DNA of 63,961 bases from an uncultured Candidatus Saccharibacteria bacterium (GTDB taxonomy: Bacteria; Patescibacteriota; Saccharimonadia; Saccharimonadales; AWTP1-31): contig CAZWJA010000005.1 in assembly GCA_964634445.1 (NCBI GenBank), forward strand, positions 1 to 63,961. Direction: 5' to 3'. Made by a program: the position numbers and the translations under genes. This document shows positions 28,485 through 38,216 of this stretch, in pieces. The notes below the pieces were generated by a model. It saw nothing but the letters and a program-made list of their open reading frames with translations. It made no database searches and had not been told where the DNA came from. Numbering within the stretch: position 1 is the first letter of the stretch; the number at the start of each line of letters is the position of its first letter.

Positions 28485-28559
28485 GTCCCCATAGTTCAAT
28501 GGATAGAATACTTCCGTCCTAAGGAATAGATAGCGGTTCGAATCCGTTTGGGGATACCA
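28485..28559 (+). tRNA. tRNA-Arg (anticodon CCT), CCA encoded
   Basis: GTCCCCA-TA-GTTC..GAAT-A-CTTCC-GTCCTAA-GGAAT-...AGCGG-TTCGAAT-CCGTT-TGGGGAT-A-CCA. It has a G1-U72 pair and one mismatch in the anticodon stem. Confidence 0.75.
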
Positions 28560-28589
28560 GAATATCGTCATCAGCAAGTCATAATATTT

Positions 28590-28844
28590 CTAGTGTTTAA
28601 GGTATTTGTCAGCGTATGATCCAAGAACTCCATTTATCATGGTCTGATATTTAGCATTATGCTTGTCAGCATATTGCTTGAAAAGATTAAGGCTATCCTT
28701 GTCTATAGCAATAGTGATCTTTTCTTTAACTGATTTTCGAACAAGATCTGCCGGCAACGGTAAATTATCACTTATAATAACTGCTTCGTCCAATGACCGC
28801 TCTACATCATCCGGCGCATCAGTATAGTTAATTGTTTGAGTCAT
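28590..28844 (-). CDS. brnA: BrnA-type antitoxin
   Basis: The likely start is MTQTINY (28844). The C-terminus DSLNLFKQYADKHNAKYQTMINGVLGSYADKYL is typical of BrnA, and it sits immediately downstream of brnT. Confidence 0.7.
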   Translation of the reverse strand: MTQTINYTDAPDDVERSLDEAVIISDNLPLPADLVRKSVKEKITIAIDKDSLNLFKQYADKHNAKYQTMINGVLGSYADKYLKH

Positions 28845-29097
28845 ATATCTTTTTCCCTTTCCGCCAGTATCCGGCACCGATAATGCGAATCTGGCTTTTT
28901 CTTAATGTAAACCTAACAGTGGCTATACCATTTGAGGTTTTGCCTATACAAAAATAACGCGTTTCTTTTGATGAATGTAATACATCTTTCATGAGTATTC
29001 TATTTTTATCAAAGAAAGCTTCTTGAGCTTCATAGAAAGATAGATTATGTTTGGCAATATTTGCTTGGTTTTTGCTATCATCCCATTCAAAACCCAT
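28828..29097 (-). CDS. brnT: BrnT-type (DUF497) ribonuclease toxin
   Basis: 89 aa, MGFEWDDSKNQANIAKHNLSFYEAQEAFFD...RIIGAGYWRKGKKIY. Confidence 0.8.
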   Translation of the reverse strand: MGFEWDDSKNQANIAKHNLSFYEAQEAFFDKNRILMKDVLHSSKETRYFCIGKTSNGIATVRFTLRKSQIRIIGAGYWRKGKKIYDSNN

Positions 29098-29453
29098 ACA
29101 TACTATTATACATACTTTTATATGTATAGCAAGTCACTTTTTTCAAAATACTGTCGTTCTGCCAATTTTAAAGCAGTTTATGTCGCTTGAATTCCCCTAA
29201 TAGATCATTGAAAGAGTATGTTGGTTCATCTTCTCGACGCTTCGCTTCTTCTATATCCTCTAAATCTTCAAGTATCTGGAATTTTATAGTGTCTTCTATA
29301 ATTGAAGAGGTGCTGACATTGTTTTTTACTGCAAACAATTCTATTTCCCTATAAAAGTTTGTCGTTAATTGTAATTGTTAAACGCATAATCTACTTTTTA
29401 GAGAACTAATATCCTTAATCTGTTTAACCTTTGAGTAATAATACTAAAATTTA

Positions 29454-29963
29454 CTATTTTTTCGGTTTAGCTTGAGTAAAGTATTCGTGAACCGTACTGT
29501 AGTCACAGAGTTCTGAGTTACTGAACCAATGCGCTATTTCCTTCTTAGCTTCGTCTAATTCAGCTGAGGCATGGATGATATTGGCAACTCCCTTGCCTGT
29601 CTGAGCTGCTTGTCCGAAACTGACGTGGGCATAGTCGCCCCTGATAGTTCCCGGCAACGCTTTCTTAGGCTCCGTCTCGCCCACCATCTTGCGAACAGTT
29701 TCTACGGCATCAACACCTTCTAGTACCATGGCAATTACCGGTCCTTCTAGCATAGAAGACAGAGTGCTGGCAAAAATATCGTCACCTTTCCTGGTTTTCA
29801 GAGTACCAATACCTTCGTAATGCTGGTGGTAATGGGCTTCATCCGGTTGTAGCAGCTTAGCTCCAATTATTTTGTAGCCTGCTCGTTCAAACCGGCTGAT
29901 AACTTCTCCAACAATGCCGCGCATTAATGCATCTGGCTTGAGAATAATTAAAGTTCTTTCCAT
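29454..29963 (-). CDS. ndk: Nucleoside diphosphate kinase
   Basis: MERTLIILKPDALMRGIVGEVISRFERAGYKI...NIIHASA. The start is trimmed to the MERTL ATG at 29963 because the longer ORF would overlap the divergent xer gene. Confidence 0.9.
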   Translation of the reverse strand: MERTLIILKPDALMRGIVGEVISRFERAGYKIIGAKLLQPDEAHYHQHYEGIGTLKTRKGDDIFASTLSSMLEGPVIAMVLEGVDAVETVRKMVGETEPKKALPGTIRGDYAHVSFGQAAQTGKGVANIIHASAELDEAKKEIAHWFSNSELCDYSTVHEYFTQAKPKK

Positions 29964-30015
29964 ATCTTCCTTTGTTTTATTTATGTAATTATAACAGATA
30001 TGCGCATACCCTTCT

Positions 30016-30942
30016 ATGTCGTACAATATACTTATGTTATTCCAAAAAGCCAAAACAGATTTCTTAGAATACTTAGAGATTGAACAAAACCGGTCTCAGA
30101 AAACAATTGCCAACTACGACCATTACCTGACCCGGCTAATAGACTACGCTGGCGATATAAAGGTCGGCGATATAGATGCCGAATTAATCAGGAAATGGCG
30201 CCTCTGGCTTAACAGATTGGGCACCAATAGTAGCGATGAACTGCAGAAATCTACCCAGAACTACCACCTTATAGCACTAAGATCCTTCTTAAAATTCTGC
30301 GTAAAACGTGAAATTCCGGCCCTGCAGCCGGATAAGATCGAGCTAGCTAAAACTAATCGTAAGCAAGTTACTTTCCTCACCCCTGAAGAATTAGATAGAT
30401 TGTTCAAAACTTGTAATCTAACTAACTTGGCAGGCTTGCGCGACCGAGCCATACTTGAATTGTTGTTCAGTAGCGGACTTCGGGTGTCCGAATTAGTTGG
30501 ACTGGATAAAGATCATATTAATCTCAAGCGCCGTGAGTTCATGGTCAGAGGTAAAGGCCAGAAAGACCGCCCCATATTTATCAGTCCCTCAGCGGCTGAA
30601 TGGGTGCAATTATACTTAGATAAGCGCAAAGACACCGTCAAACCCCTCTTTATCCGCTACAGCGGCCAGAAAAAGGTCGATATGAGCGGAAACTTCCATA
30701 GACTAACCGCTAGAAGTATCCAACGAATGGTAGCCAAGAATGCCCTTCTTGCAGGAATTACCAAGCATGTCTCCCCTCATACCCTCAGGCACAGTTTTGC
30801 AACTGACCTACTCATGAACGGAGCCGACTTACGAAGCGTACAAGCTATGCTCGGTCACAGTAATATTGCTACAACTCAAATCTATACCCATGTGACAGAT
30901 CCGCATCTCAAAGAGATTCACCAGAAGTTTCATCACAAATAG
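30016..30942 (+). CDS. Tyrosine site-specific recombinase, XerC/XerD family
   Basis: 308 aa. N-terminal SAM-like domain (FLEYLEIEQNRSQKTIANYDHYL), ELLFSSGLRVSEL, HTLRHSFATDLL and LGHSNIATTQIYTHV (R..HxxR..Y catalytic set). Confidence 0.88.
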   Translation: MSYNILMLFQKAKTDFLEYLEIEQNRSQKTIANYDHYLTRLIDYAGDIKVGDIDAELIRKWRLWLNRLGTNSSDELQKSTQNYHLIALRSFLKFCVKREIPALQPDKIELAKTNRKQVTFLTPEELDRLFKTCNLTNLAGLRDRAILELLFSSGLRVSELVGLDKDHINLKRREFMVRGKGQKDRPIFISPSAAEWVQLYLDKRKDTVKPLFIRYSGQKKVDMSGNFHRLTARSIQRMVAKNALLAGITKHVSPHTLRHSFATDLLMNGADLRSVQAMLGHSNIATTQIYTHVTDPHLKEIHQKFHHK

Positions 30943-30946
30943 TCGA

Positions 30947-32497
30947 CTATGGTGTCCTATACCCACCCTGATCTATACAGTCTTCTGTACCCTGGTAACC
31001 TGAAGGTACACTTCTTGTGGAGGTATAGGTAGCTGGTGGAGCGTTCGTAAATGTCCTTGTAAGTGTAACTGTATACTTGTAGCATCTCAAAGGATTCTGG
31101 AGTATTGGATATTGATGCGACAAACTTTCACCATAGCTACAAGCACGGTTCCTTACTATTGAAGTAGAAGTCCTATCTCCAAAATTCCATGTACAGTCAC
31201 CCGTAGGATTTACTCCAGGTCTGTCAACAGATTGATTCCAAAACCACTGGTCCCATCTAAATGCAACTGTGGAGACTGTACTGTTTGTAGCATTACAAGG
31301 CGGCGCATTAGGGATTACAACGTTTGGATCGCATGCTCCGGCATATGCTGCCTGGCCATATAAACTATTGTTTGTGGGTGTGTTACCAGTTGGAGATGGT
31401 CCAGGACCGGGTGTAGGTGCTGGTGCAGGTACATTTCCACAAAGATCTAATGTCGATGTAGGCTCAGTAGAAATTTTCTTACAAATTCCAGCTTGAACTT
31501 CCATGCCGTAATCTGGAAACATATCATTTAACCCACTATCGGGAGATTTTGATCTGACTTTAATGCGCTTTAATACGTCTCCTGCTTTACCGGTTGAGTC
31601 TATGTCTATCTGTCCGCCTACCATCTGCTTATTAGGATCTGTTGGTTTGACTATGAGCTTATTCGCGCTATAAATTGACCTCACTCTTAAAACAAAATTG
31701 CTGTAATTTAAGCCAGTTACTCGCATAGTACAGTAGTAGTCACCACTGCCGTTGCATGTCGCGTTTACAATCGCACCTTGTGCGGCAGGATTGCCTGTTA
31801 CATAAGAGACTGTATTGCTACCAGCCGGCTGAGGGTAAAGAAAGACCGTAAATTGATTTGAAGATAAACTGGTTCTACTTAAATTATCTAGCTTAGCTAC
31901 ATCTACCCGTAATATTCCAGTTTTTATAGATCCGGAATTCCATGCGCCCTCTGTCGGTAATGCTGGTGGAGAAAAAGTATTAGCAGACTGAGTACTCGCA
32001 TCCTTAGCTTGCCAGCTTAAAGTTAGATCATCGACATTTGTAGCCGATCCTCCAGAGTTAATCGTCTTAACATTTACTAGAGTAGAATGATCTGTGCTAA
32101 TATTATCAAATGTTTGATCTGGTGGAGACTGGTCAATTAACAAGCAGCTATATGATACGTTATCGCTTAATCTATTTGTATTAGGTCCAAGAAATGTACT
32201 CGTAGGGTTTGGCTGGCAATCTGTCTTATCCGCACTACCGTTCTTAGCACTATATGGATTTTGAGTAGGAGTAGATGCAGACGGATCGAATATTGCTCGT
32301 TTAGCATCATTTATACCAGATTCAGCAGCATATGTTGCCTGAGTACTGAGCTGGCGGTCTAAAGATAATCTACCTTCCCTTCGAGCTATCTGTGCAAATC
32401 CAGTAACTATCAAAGATAGGACGATCATGATAATGAATGTCACAACTAAAGATACTAGTCCTGATTCGTTTTGGTATATTTTAGTGTTCTTATACAT
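30947..32497 (-). CDS. PilX-N-type large minor pilin / pilus-associated protein with extra C-terminal Cys-rich domain
   Basis: 516 aa. The N-terminus ESGLVSLVVTFIIMIVLSLIVTGFAQIARRE is PilX_N-like. A PAPAPTPGPGPSPTG linker precedes a ~150-aa C-terminal module with several Cys. Confidence 0.6.
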   Translation of the reverse strand: MYKNTKIYQNESGLVSLVVTFIIMIVLSLIVTGFAQIARREGRLSLDRQLSTQATYAAESGINDAKRAIFDPSASTPTQNPYSAKNGSADKTDCQPNPTSTFLGPNTNRLSDNVSYSCLLIDQSPPDQTFDNISTDHSTLVNVKTINSGGSATNVDDLTLSWQAKDASTQSANTFSPPALPTEGAWNSGSIKTGILRVDVAKLDNLSRTSLSSNQFTVFLYPQPAGSNTVSYVTGNPAAQGAIVNATCNGSGDYYCTMRVTGLNYSNFVLRVRSIYSANKLIVKPTDPNKQMVGGQIDIDSTGKAGDVLKRIKVRSKSPDSGLNDMFPDYGMEVQAGICKKISTEPTSTLDLCGNVPAPAPTPGPGPSPTGNTPTNNSLYGQAAYAGACDPNVVIPNAPPCNATNSTVSTVAFRWDQWFWNQSVDRPGVNPTGDCTWNFGDRTSTSIVRNRACSYGESLSHQYPILQNPLRCYKYTVTLTRTFTNAPPATYTSTRSVPSGYQGTEDCIDQGGYRTP

Positions 32498-32511
32498 ATT
32501 AATTGTTATCC

Positions 32512-33090
32512 TTATAAGTTTATACGAGTTGTGACTATTGTTTCAAGTATTGCAACGCTGCAGAACTGGCTGCCATAGCCTCCATTACATTCGTTTAAGA
32601 CAGGATCGCCTCCAACGAATAAATCAGCATCTCCAGCAGTTATCTTAACTCTTACTCTTGATACATTTGTATTTTTAATAATTTCAAAGTCGCTTAGGCG
32701 CATATTACTCGGTAGAAGTTCCCTTTTGGTTGGTGCGTTATAAGGAACATTTGCTAAGGTATCGCAAGATGTAGGCTCGTCATAATTAAGATATGTGTTA
32801 TTGAGGCCTTTTTGAAAGGAATACCTTGATTTCCCATAGCAATAAACACCGGTATTGCCAGAAGCAAATGTTTCCAGCTCTGCCCCTGCATACTGAGCGG
32901 TTTGAGAAATATTATCTGTTATATTCCTGACTGTAGTTTGAGTCCGAGACGACAGCACTCCTTTATAATAAGTATTGCCGATGCTCATAAGTCCATATAC
33001 GCAAAGCAGTAAAACAACTGAAAATACGGTCGTAGCTATCAAAAGCTCTAATACGGTAAACCCTTTTTGATTTACAGATTTTTTTCTCAT
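32512..33090 (-). CDS. Minor (pseudo)pilin with prepilin-type N-terminal cleavage/methylation motif
   Basis: 192 aa, NQKGFTVLELLIATTVFSVVLL. Confidence 0.75.
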   Translation of the reverse strand: MRKKSVNQKGFTVLELLIATTVFSVVLLLCVYGLMSIGNTYYKGVLSSRTQTTVRNITDNISQTAQYAGAELETFASGNTGVYCYGKSRYSFQKGLNNTYLNYDEPTSCDTLANVPYNAPTKRELLPSNMRLSDFEIIKNTNVSRVRVKITAGDADLFVGGDPVLNECNGGYGSQFCSVAILETIVTTRINL

Positions 33091-33515
33091 ATTGCCAGCC
33101 TGTACAAGAATTCAACTTTTTGCTCCGTACCATCCAATCCATCCCAAAAAGTTTTCACTTGATATGTATCTGGGTTCTGAGAGATTCTGGTTACGACGGT
33201 GTAATATTCTACACCTACAGATGCCTCTCTGCAGGCAGGGGGCTTTGGTGCAACTCCAGGGTCGCTCCCGTCAGCACAGAATTTAGGTCCCGCACTAGCG
33301 TATAGCGAAGGATCGGCATAGAGTCTCTCAATCATAGACTGGGCGTACTTTGTTCCGGTTGCCCTTTCTTGAGACATTCTGATTGATTTTGAACTTCGGT
33401 TGGATATTGCAAATGCTCCAGTCAGAACTAGGCTTACGATCGCAACTGCAATAATTACCTCTATGATAGTGTCACCTTTTTGATTTTTATAGATTTTAGA
33501 TAAATTTTTTAACAT
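33087..33515 (-). CDS. Minor (pseudo)pilin
   Basis: 142 aa, NQKGDTIIEVIIAVAIVSLVL. 4-nt overlaps with both neighbours. Confidence 0.7.
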   Translation of the reverse strand: MLKNLSKIYKNQKGDTIIEVIIAVAIVSLVLTGAFAISNRSSKSIRMSQERATGTKYAQSMIERLYADPSLYASAGPKFCADGSDPGVAPKPPACREASVGVEYYTVVTRISQNPDTYQVKTFWDGLDGTEQKVEFLYRLAI

Positions 33516-34330
33516 GTGCCGTTCTCAATTCTAAGGTCAGTTGTATTATTGCCGGTTCCACCGATCGTTATCTTCGCTATCTGATTACCGTCTCCCTTCA
33601 TGCACACTGTGACCCCTGTGGGAGAATTTCTAAACGCACTATTCGGTAAAATGTAACTAGCAGGAAATGAATTTAAAGCATTTGCACCTAGAGAAGCTGG
33701 AGTAGCCGAACTAATTGCACCGCTTATTCCAGCAGGAAATGTAACGTAATCTATTTGCTGCACGCCAGAACCCTGGCTCCCGTTACTTGTATTGTATCCT
33801 GGATTTATCACGTTAAAGAAGCCGACTGTACTAGTATTAGTAAGACCTTTTTTTACTGTTTCAACGGTAATTCCATTTTTCAATGTATGGGTGGTTTTTG
33901 TTTGTACTGCAATTTGAGGCCTTGCTTCGTCCAGATTTTTAACTAAAGAGTTGTCAGAGTTATTCTTACGTCTACCAACTACGGTGTACACGTCAAACGT
34001 ATTGCCTCTACCAAACTGAATGACTTTGCCGATTACTATACAGTCTCCACTTTCACCAAGTAAATTAGATGTTCCACTGACTATGTTTGGAGGATTATTC
34101 CCATTTGCAATACATCTGAGTCCGTCCTGGCCACCCGTGTATCCAGAGCTTACGTTGTCTATAACATCGTTCAACTGCTGCTGAGCGTCCCTGATTCCCT
34201 GATTAAACTGTGTTTTACGTTGAGCACCGCTAATCAAAGTTAGCGCACTAACTAAAATAGCCGATGATACACCCAGGAATATCATAGTTTCAACAATAGT
34301 AAACCCTAGGGACTTTAGCCCACTTTTCAT
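33509..34330 (-). CDS. Minor (pseudo)pilin
   Basis: 273 aa, KSLGFTIVETMIFLGVSSAIL. Confidence 0.7.
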   Translation of the reverse strand: MKSGLKSLGFTIVETMIFLGVSSAILVSALTLISGAQRKTQFNQGIRDAQQQLNDVIDNVSSGYTGGQDGLRCIANGNNPPNIVSGTSNLLGESGDCIVIGKVIQFGRGNTFDVYTVVGRRKNNSDNSLVKNLDEARPQIAVQTKTTHTLKNGITVETVKKGLTNTSTVGFFNVINPGYNTSNGSQGSGVQQIDYVTFPAGISGAISSATPASLGANALNSFPASYILPNSAFRNSPTGVTVCMKGDGNQIAKITIGGTGNNTTDLRIENGTC

Positions 34331-34362
34331 GCTTGAATTATAGCATAGAACTTACGCTTAAA

Positions 34363-35190
34363 TTAAACGCCAAGCTGGGTTTTATACCAAGTTATCATTC
34401 TTCCGCCAACAAGCAGGACTATGACGCACGCGGCGATTAAAAACGGTCCGAACGGTACATGATGCTGCTTGCCTAGCTTTTTCTTATATATAAGCGGCAT
34501 AGCAGCAAAAGTACCTAGTAGTGAAGCTATAAATATAAGCAGGAGGCTTGCCAATGGACCGCCGACTATTATTCCAAGTAGCCAGCCTAGTTTCACATCC
34601 CCTCCTCCAATCCATTTGCCATTTGAAACCTGAAATAAAATCCAAAATATACCCCCGCCTATTAGAAGTCCCCACATAGATGACCCAAGTACGGGAATTA
34701 AGTCATTTCTATTAATAATCAGTCTTAATAACAAATATATGCCTGTTATACCAAATAAAGGAAAAACTATTCTGTTTGGCAGGATAAACCATTTTAAATC
34801 GTATACAGCTAGTGCTATAAGCCCTGTAAGTAAAATTAACCATAAAGCAAAAACTGTTGCTCCTAGTCCATTTAAAGCATATGGCCATGAGTAATACGAT
34901 ACTAAAAATAGTATTGCAGTTAGGAGCTCTACGGCAGGATACTGCCAAGAGATATTCTTCCGGCAATACCGGCATTTACCTTTAAGCACAAGCCAGCTTA
35001 TAACTGGTATTAGATCTTTAGCAGCTAAGGTATGTTTACAATTCGGGCACATAGACCGCCCCTGAGAGATTGAATATTTTGCCTTGTCTCTCTTATTCTT
35101 TGTGTGTTCCTGTTTATATACCCGCCATACCAAAGCATTTACAAAACTGCCAAGGCAGATACCAAGCACGAACATTATTAAAATAAGCAT
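34363..35190 (-). CDS. pilD: Prepilin peptidase / N-methyltransferase (A24 family)
   Basis: 275 aa, polytopic. CPNC...CRYC zinc motif and the IGGGDVKL aspartyl-protease motif. Confidence 0.88.
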   Translation of the reverse strand: MLILIMFVLGICLGSFVNALVWRVYKQEHTKNKRDKAKYSISQGRSMCPNCKHTLAAKDLIPVISWLVLKGKCRYCRKNISWQYPAVELLTAILFLVSYYSWPYALNGLGATVFALWLILLTGLIALAVYDLKWFILPNRIVFPLFGITGIYLLLRLIINRNDLIPVLGSSMWGLLIGGGIFWILFQVSNGKWIGGGDVKLGWLLGIIVGGPLASLLLIFIASLLGTFAAMPLIYKKKLGKQHHVPFGPFLIAACVIVLLVGGRMITWYKTQLGV

Positions 35191-35213
35191 TAGGTATATA
35201 TTATCATTAAATT

Positions 35214-35240
35214 AAAAAACGGGGCTTGGTGCCCCGTTTT
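35214..35240 (-). terminator. Intrinsic terminator after the major pilin gene
   Basis: Minus strand AAAACGGGGC-ACCAA-GCCCCGTTTT followed by TTAATTT, 20 nt after the pilA stop. Confidence 0.75.
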
Positions 35241-35260
35241 AATTGCTAATTTAAGTTCTT

Positions 35261-35794
35261 TTAGCTTTCTTGGCAAACTGGGGCAAATGTACCAGCTGTA
35301 TTTTCAATTGTGTAAACTGCTGCCCACTGCCTTGCTGATCCTGCAGTAGTTTGACCTACTGTAGTAGTGCTGCATCTTGCAGCAGGAACTAGTGTTACGA
35401 AGTCCTGGTTAGCTGTCGTATAAGGACCTGTGTTAGCATAAGTTGCTCTTATACCTGCGCGTCCTACCGCACTAGCATCTCCCTGTGCGCAACCGACGTT
35501 GTAGTATCCCACCTTAGCTTCAGCTGCAACAGAACCTGTAGTAGTGTTGGTGACACTTACAACTGCATTACCGGTACAACTATTCGCCATTCGTCCATTA
35601 TTATTGTTCGAAAACTCTGCCGCAGCCCCTAATAGTGCTGCTACGTCATTCTTACGCTGTGTGTTTCTTGAGTTTCTCTGCAATGCAGGAACTGCCAAGA
35701 ATACAATCAACAAGATCAAACCGGCTATAGCCAGTACGATCAAGACTTCGATGATGGTGAAGCCTTTGTTACGATTTTTTATTTTGTTTAGCAT
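35261..35794 (-). CDS. pilA: Major type IV pilin
   Basis: 177 aa, NKGFTIIEVLIVLAIAGLILLIV, with paired C-terminal cysteines. It has its own strong terminator. Confidence 0.8.
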   Translation of the reverse strand: MLNKIKNRNKGFTIIEVLIVLAIAGLILLIVFLAVPALQRNSRNTQRKNDVAALLGAAAEFSNNNNGRMANSCTGNAVVSVTNTTTGSVAAEAKVGYYNVGCAQGDASAVGRAGIRATYANTGPYTTANQDFVTLVPAARCSTTTVGQTTAGSARQWAAVYTIENTAGTFAPVCQES

Positions 35795-35904
35795 TCTTAA
35801 TGCCCCCTTAAGATTATTAATTTGTTTATGCTTACAATAATACTGTTTCTATGGAGAAAAGCAAGTACTTTTGTAAATTCAAGCTTAGCAATACTCTGTT
35901 TAGT

Positions 35905-37125
35905 TTAAGTGCCGCTTAAATTCTGCCCCGCAAGCCCGTAAATTGGCAACAATACGGCAGCAACAATAATAAATGCGAATATTCCCAGAATCACCATCAG
36001 CGCCGGTTCAATGATGCTGCTAATATTTCGAATTTGGGTATCGACTTCCTTCTCGTAGTAATCAGCAATTTTTTCGAGCATTGCCTCTAATGCACCGGAC
36101 TGCTCTCCAATTCTAAGCATATTTGGTACTAACTGAAGAAAATTAGGATCTCCTTCTATAGAATCGCTCAATGCTTTACCACCCTTAACTTTTTCTGAGG
36201 CTTTTGCAAGCGCTTGTTCAATATGGTAGTTGTTAATAGCATCGCCGGTAATTTGTAGCATTTGCAGTAAAGGCACCCCACTACCAACAAGTGTTGCACC
36301 AGTTCGTGCAAACCGCGCCATATATAATTTCATAAATAATGGACCTATTGGCCATGCCGTCATCTTAAGCTTGTCAAAAACTGACTTTCCACCATCTGTT
36401 TTTGCCCACCGACCGAAGAAAATCCCTAAAACAATAGATACAACAATGATTATGTACCAATACTTAGTAATAAAATGGGACAAACCAAGCATCAGTCGTG
36501 TGACAAGTGGCAAAGTAGCACCAGGCAAATCTTCGTACAAGACTTCTACTTGAGGCAATACTTTTACAATCATAAAGCCTACAACTGCGAACATAACTAC
36601 TAAAACGACTGCGGGATAAATTAATGCGCCTCTTACCTTGCTCAAGATTTCTGCGTCTTTTTCTTGTTGGTTTGCAAGCCTTTCCAGTGATTTATCAAGA
36701 GTTCCTGAAGTTTCTCCAGAAGCGACCATACTTACAAACACTTTATTAAATACATCTGGATGTCTTTCAAGAGCGACATGAAGCGCTGAGCCGCCCTCAA
36801 TGTCTGTCGTGATACTTCCTATAATGTTTTTAAGTCTTTTGTTCTGAGTTTGCCCCTGTACGTTTCGTAAGCTTTGTACAAGTGGCAAGCCTGCATTTAT
36901 CAACGTCGAAAGCTGTCTCGAAAAAAGAACTTTATCAGAAGTTTTAATTCTGTTAGTTATTTTCCCAATTCCTGAAGCGGAGCTTGATTGCAGCTTTATT
37001 TCTAATGGAGAGTAGCCTTGAGACTGTATTAATTTTGCCGCTGCCTGTTCTGAATCAGCTTCAACTTGAGCGTGAATTTTCTCACCGGTTGAAGCGTGAC
37101 GAGCGGTATAATCAAATGTCTGCAT
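35905..37125 (-). CDS. pilC: Type IV pilus platform protein PilC (GspF family)
   Basis: 406 aa. Duplicated GspF domains and three TM segments, located next to pilT/pilB. Confidence 0.88.
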   Translation of the reverse strand: MQTFDYTARHASTGEKIHAQVEADSEQAAAKLIQSQGYSPLEIKLQSSSASGIGKITNRIKTSDKVLFSRQLSTLINAGLPLVQSLRNVQGQTQNKRLKNIIGSITTDIEGGSALHVALERHPDVFNKVFVSMVASGETSGTLDKSLERLANQQEKDAEILSKVRGALIYPAVVLVVMFAVVGFMIVKVLPQVEVLYEDLPGATLPLVTRLMLGLSHFITKYWYIIIVVSIVLGIFFGRWAKTDGGKSVFDKLKMTAWPIGPLFMKLYMARFARTGATLVGSGVPLLQMLQITGDAINNYHIEQALAKASEKVKGGKALSDSIEGDPNFLQLVPNMLRIGEQSGALEAMLEKIADYYEKEVDTQIRNISSIIEPALMVILGIFAFIIVAAVLLPIYGLAGQNLSGT

Positions 37126-37132
37126 CGCAGTA

Positions 37133-38203
37133 TTATCCTCTCATTAGCCTGTCTAGCTCATCAATGTCTACGGCGTAGTTGCGAGCTTCTTCATAAGTTA
37201 TGGTTCCATTATGAATAAGATTAACTAATGTTCGATCCATAGACTGCATGCCAAATTCTGCTCCAGTCTGAATTACAGCTTCTAGCTGATGACTCTTACC
37301 TTCTCTAATAATGTTTCGTACTGCTGGTGTAGCTATAAGAACTTCTGCTGCGGCCATACGACCACCACCAATAGATGGAATCAGTCTCTGAGAACATATT
37401 GCCATAAGAATGTTAGCCAGCTGTGATCGGATCTGAGGCTGCTGGTGAGGTGGAAATACGTCAATCATACGGTCGATACTCTGAGCTGCTGAGTTAGTGT
37501 GAAGAGTTGCAAAGACTAAGTGGCCTGTTTCCGCAATAGTAATCGCTGAGCTGATAGTTTCTAGATCTCGCATCTCTCCAATAAGTACAACGTCCGGATC
37601 TTCACGAAGGCTGGATCTAAGTGCTGCGGAGAATGAATAAGTATCGTAGTGGACTTCCCTCTGAACGATTACAGACTTTACTGACTTATGAGTAAATTCG
37701 ATTGGGTCCTCAATAGTAATAATATGAGCTGCCCGTTCATGGTTGATTTTACTAACGAGAGCAGCTAAAGAAGTAGATTTTCCTGAGCCAGTTGGACCTG
37801 TTACAAGTACTAAGCCTCTTGGATAGTCAGCGAATTTATTGACAATTGGAGGGAGTCCAAGTTGCTCAATGCTTAAGATCTCATTTGGAATTAAACGCAG
37901 TGCAGCAGCCAAGTTTCCTCTTTCATGAAAAGCATTTACACGAAATCTACCGAGGTCACCGAATGCAAATGAAAAGTCGAATTCTTTATCCTTTAGTAGA
38001 ATTTGTTTCTGGTCTTCATCCAAGATCGCAAAGATTAACAACTCAATAGTTTCTTCTGTTAAAGCATCAACACCGTTTACTGGTAGTAACGCACCATCTA
38101 CTCGAAGCATTGGCGGCAAGCCTACTTGCAGGTGAAGGTCTGAAGCTTTCTTTTTAATAACTTCTTCTAAAAGTATTTCTATTCTTGGTTGTATGTTTGC
38201 CAT
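37133..38203 (-). CDS. pilT: Twitching-motility retraction ATPase PilT
   Basis: 356 aa, GLVLVTGPTGSGKST, IITIEDPIEF, GHLVFATLHT. Confidence 0.88.
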   Translation of the reverse strand: MANIQPRIEILLEEVIKKKASDLHLQVGLPPMLRVDGALLPVNGVDALTEETIELLIFAILDEDQKQILLKDKEFDFSFAFGDLGRFRVNAFHERGNLAAALRLIPNEILSIEQLGLPPIVNKFADYPRGLVLVTGPTGSGKSTSLAALVSKINHERAAHIITIEDPIEFTHKSVKSVIVQREVHYDTYSFSAALRSSLREDPDVVLIGEMRDLETISSAITIAETGHLVFATLHTNSAAQSIDRMIDVFPPHQQPQIRSQLANILMAICSQRLIPSIGGGRMAAAEVLIATPAVRNIIREGKSHQLEAVIQTGAEFGMQSMDRTLVNLIHNGTITYEEARNYAVDIDELDRLMRG

Positions 38204-38216
38204 GTTTGTTCTTTCC

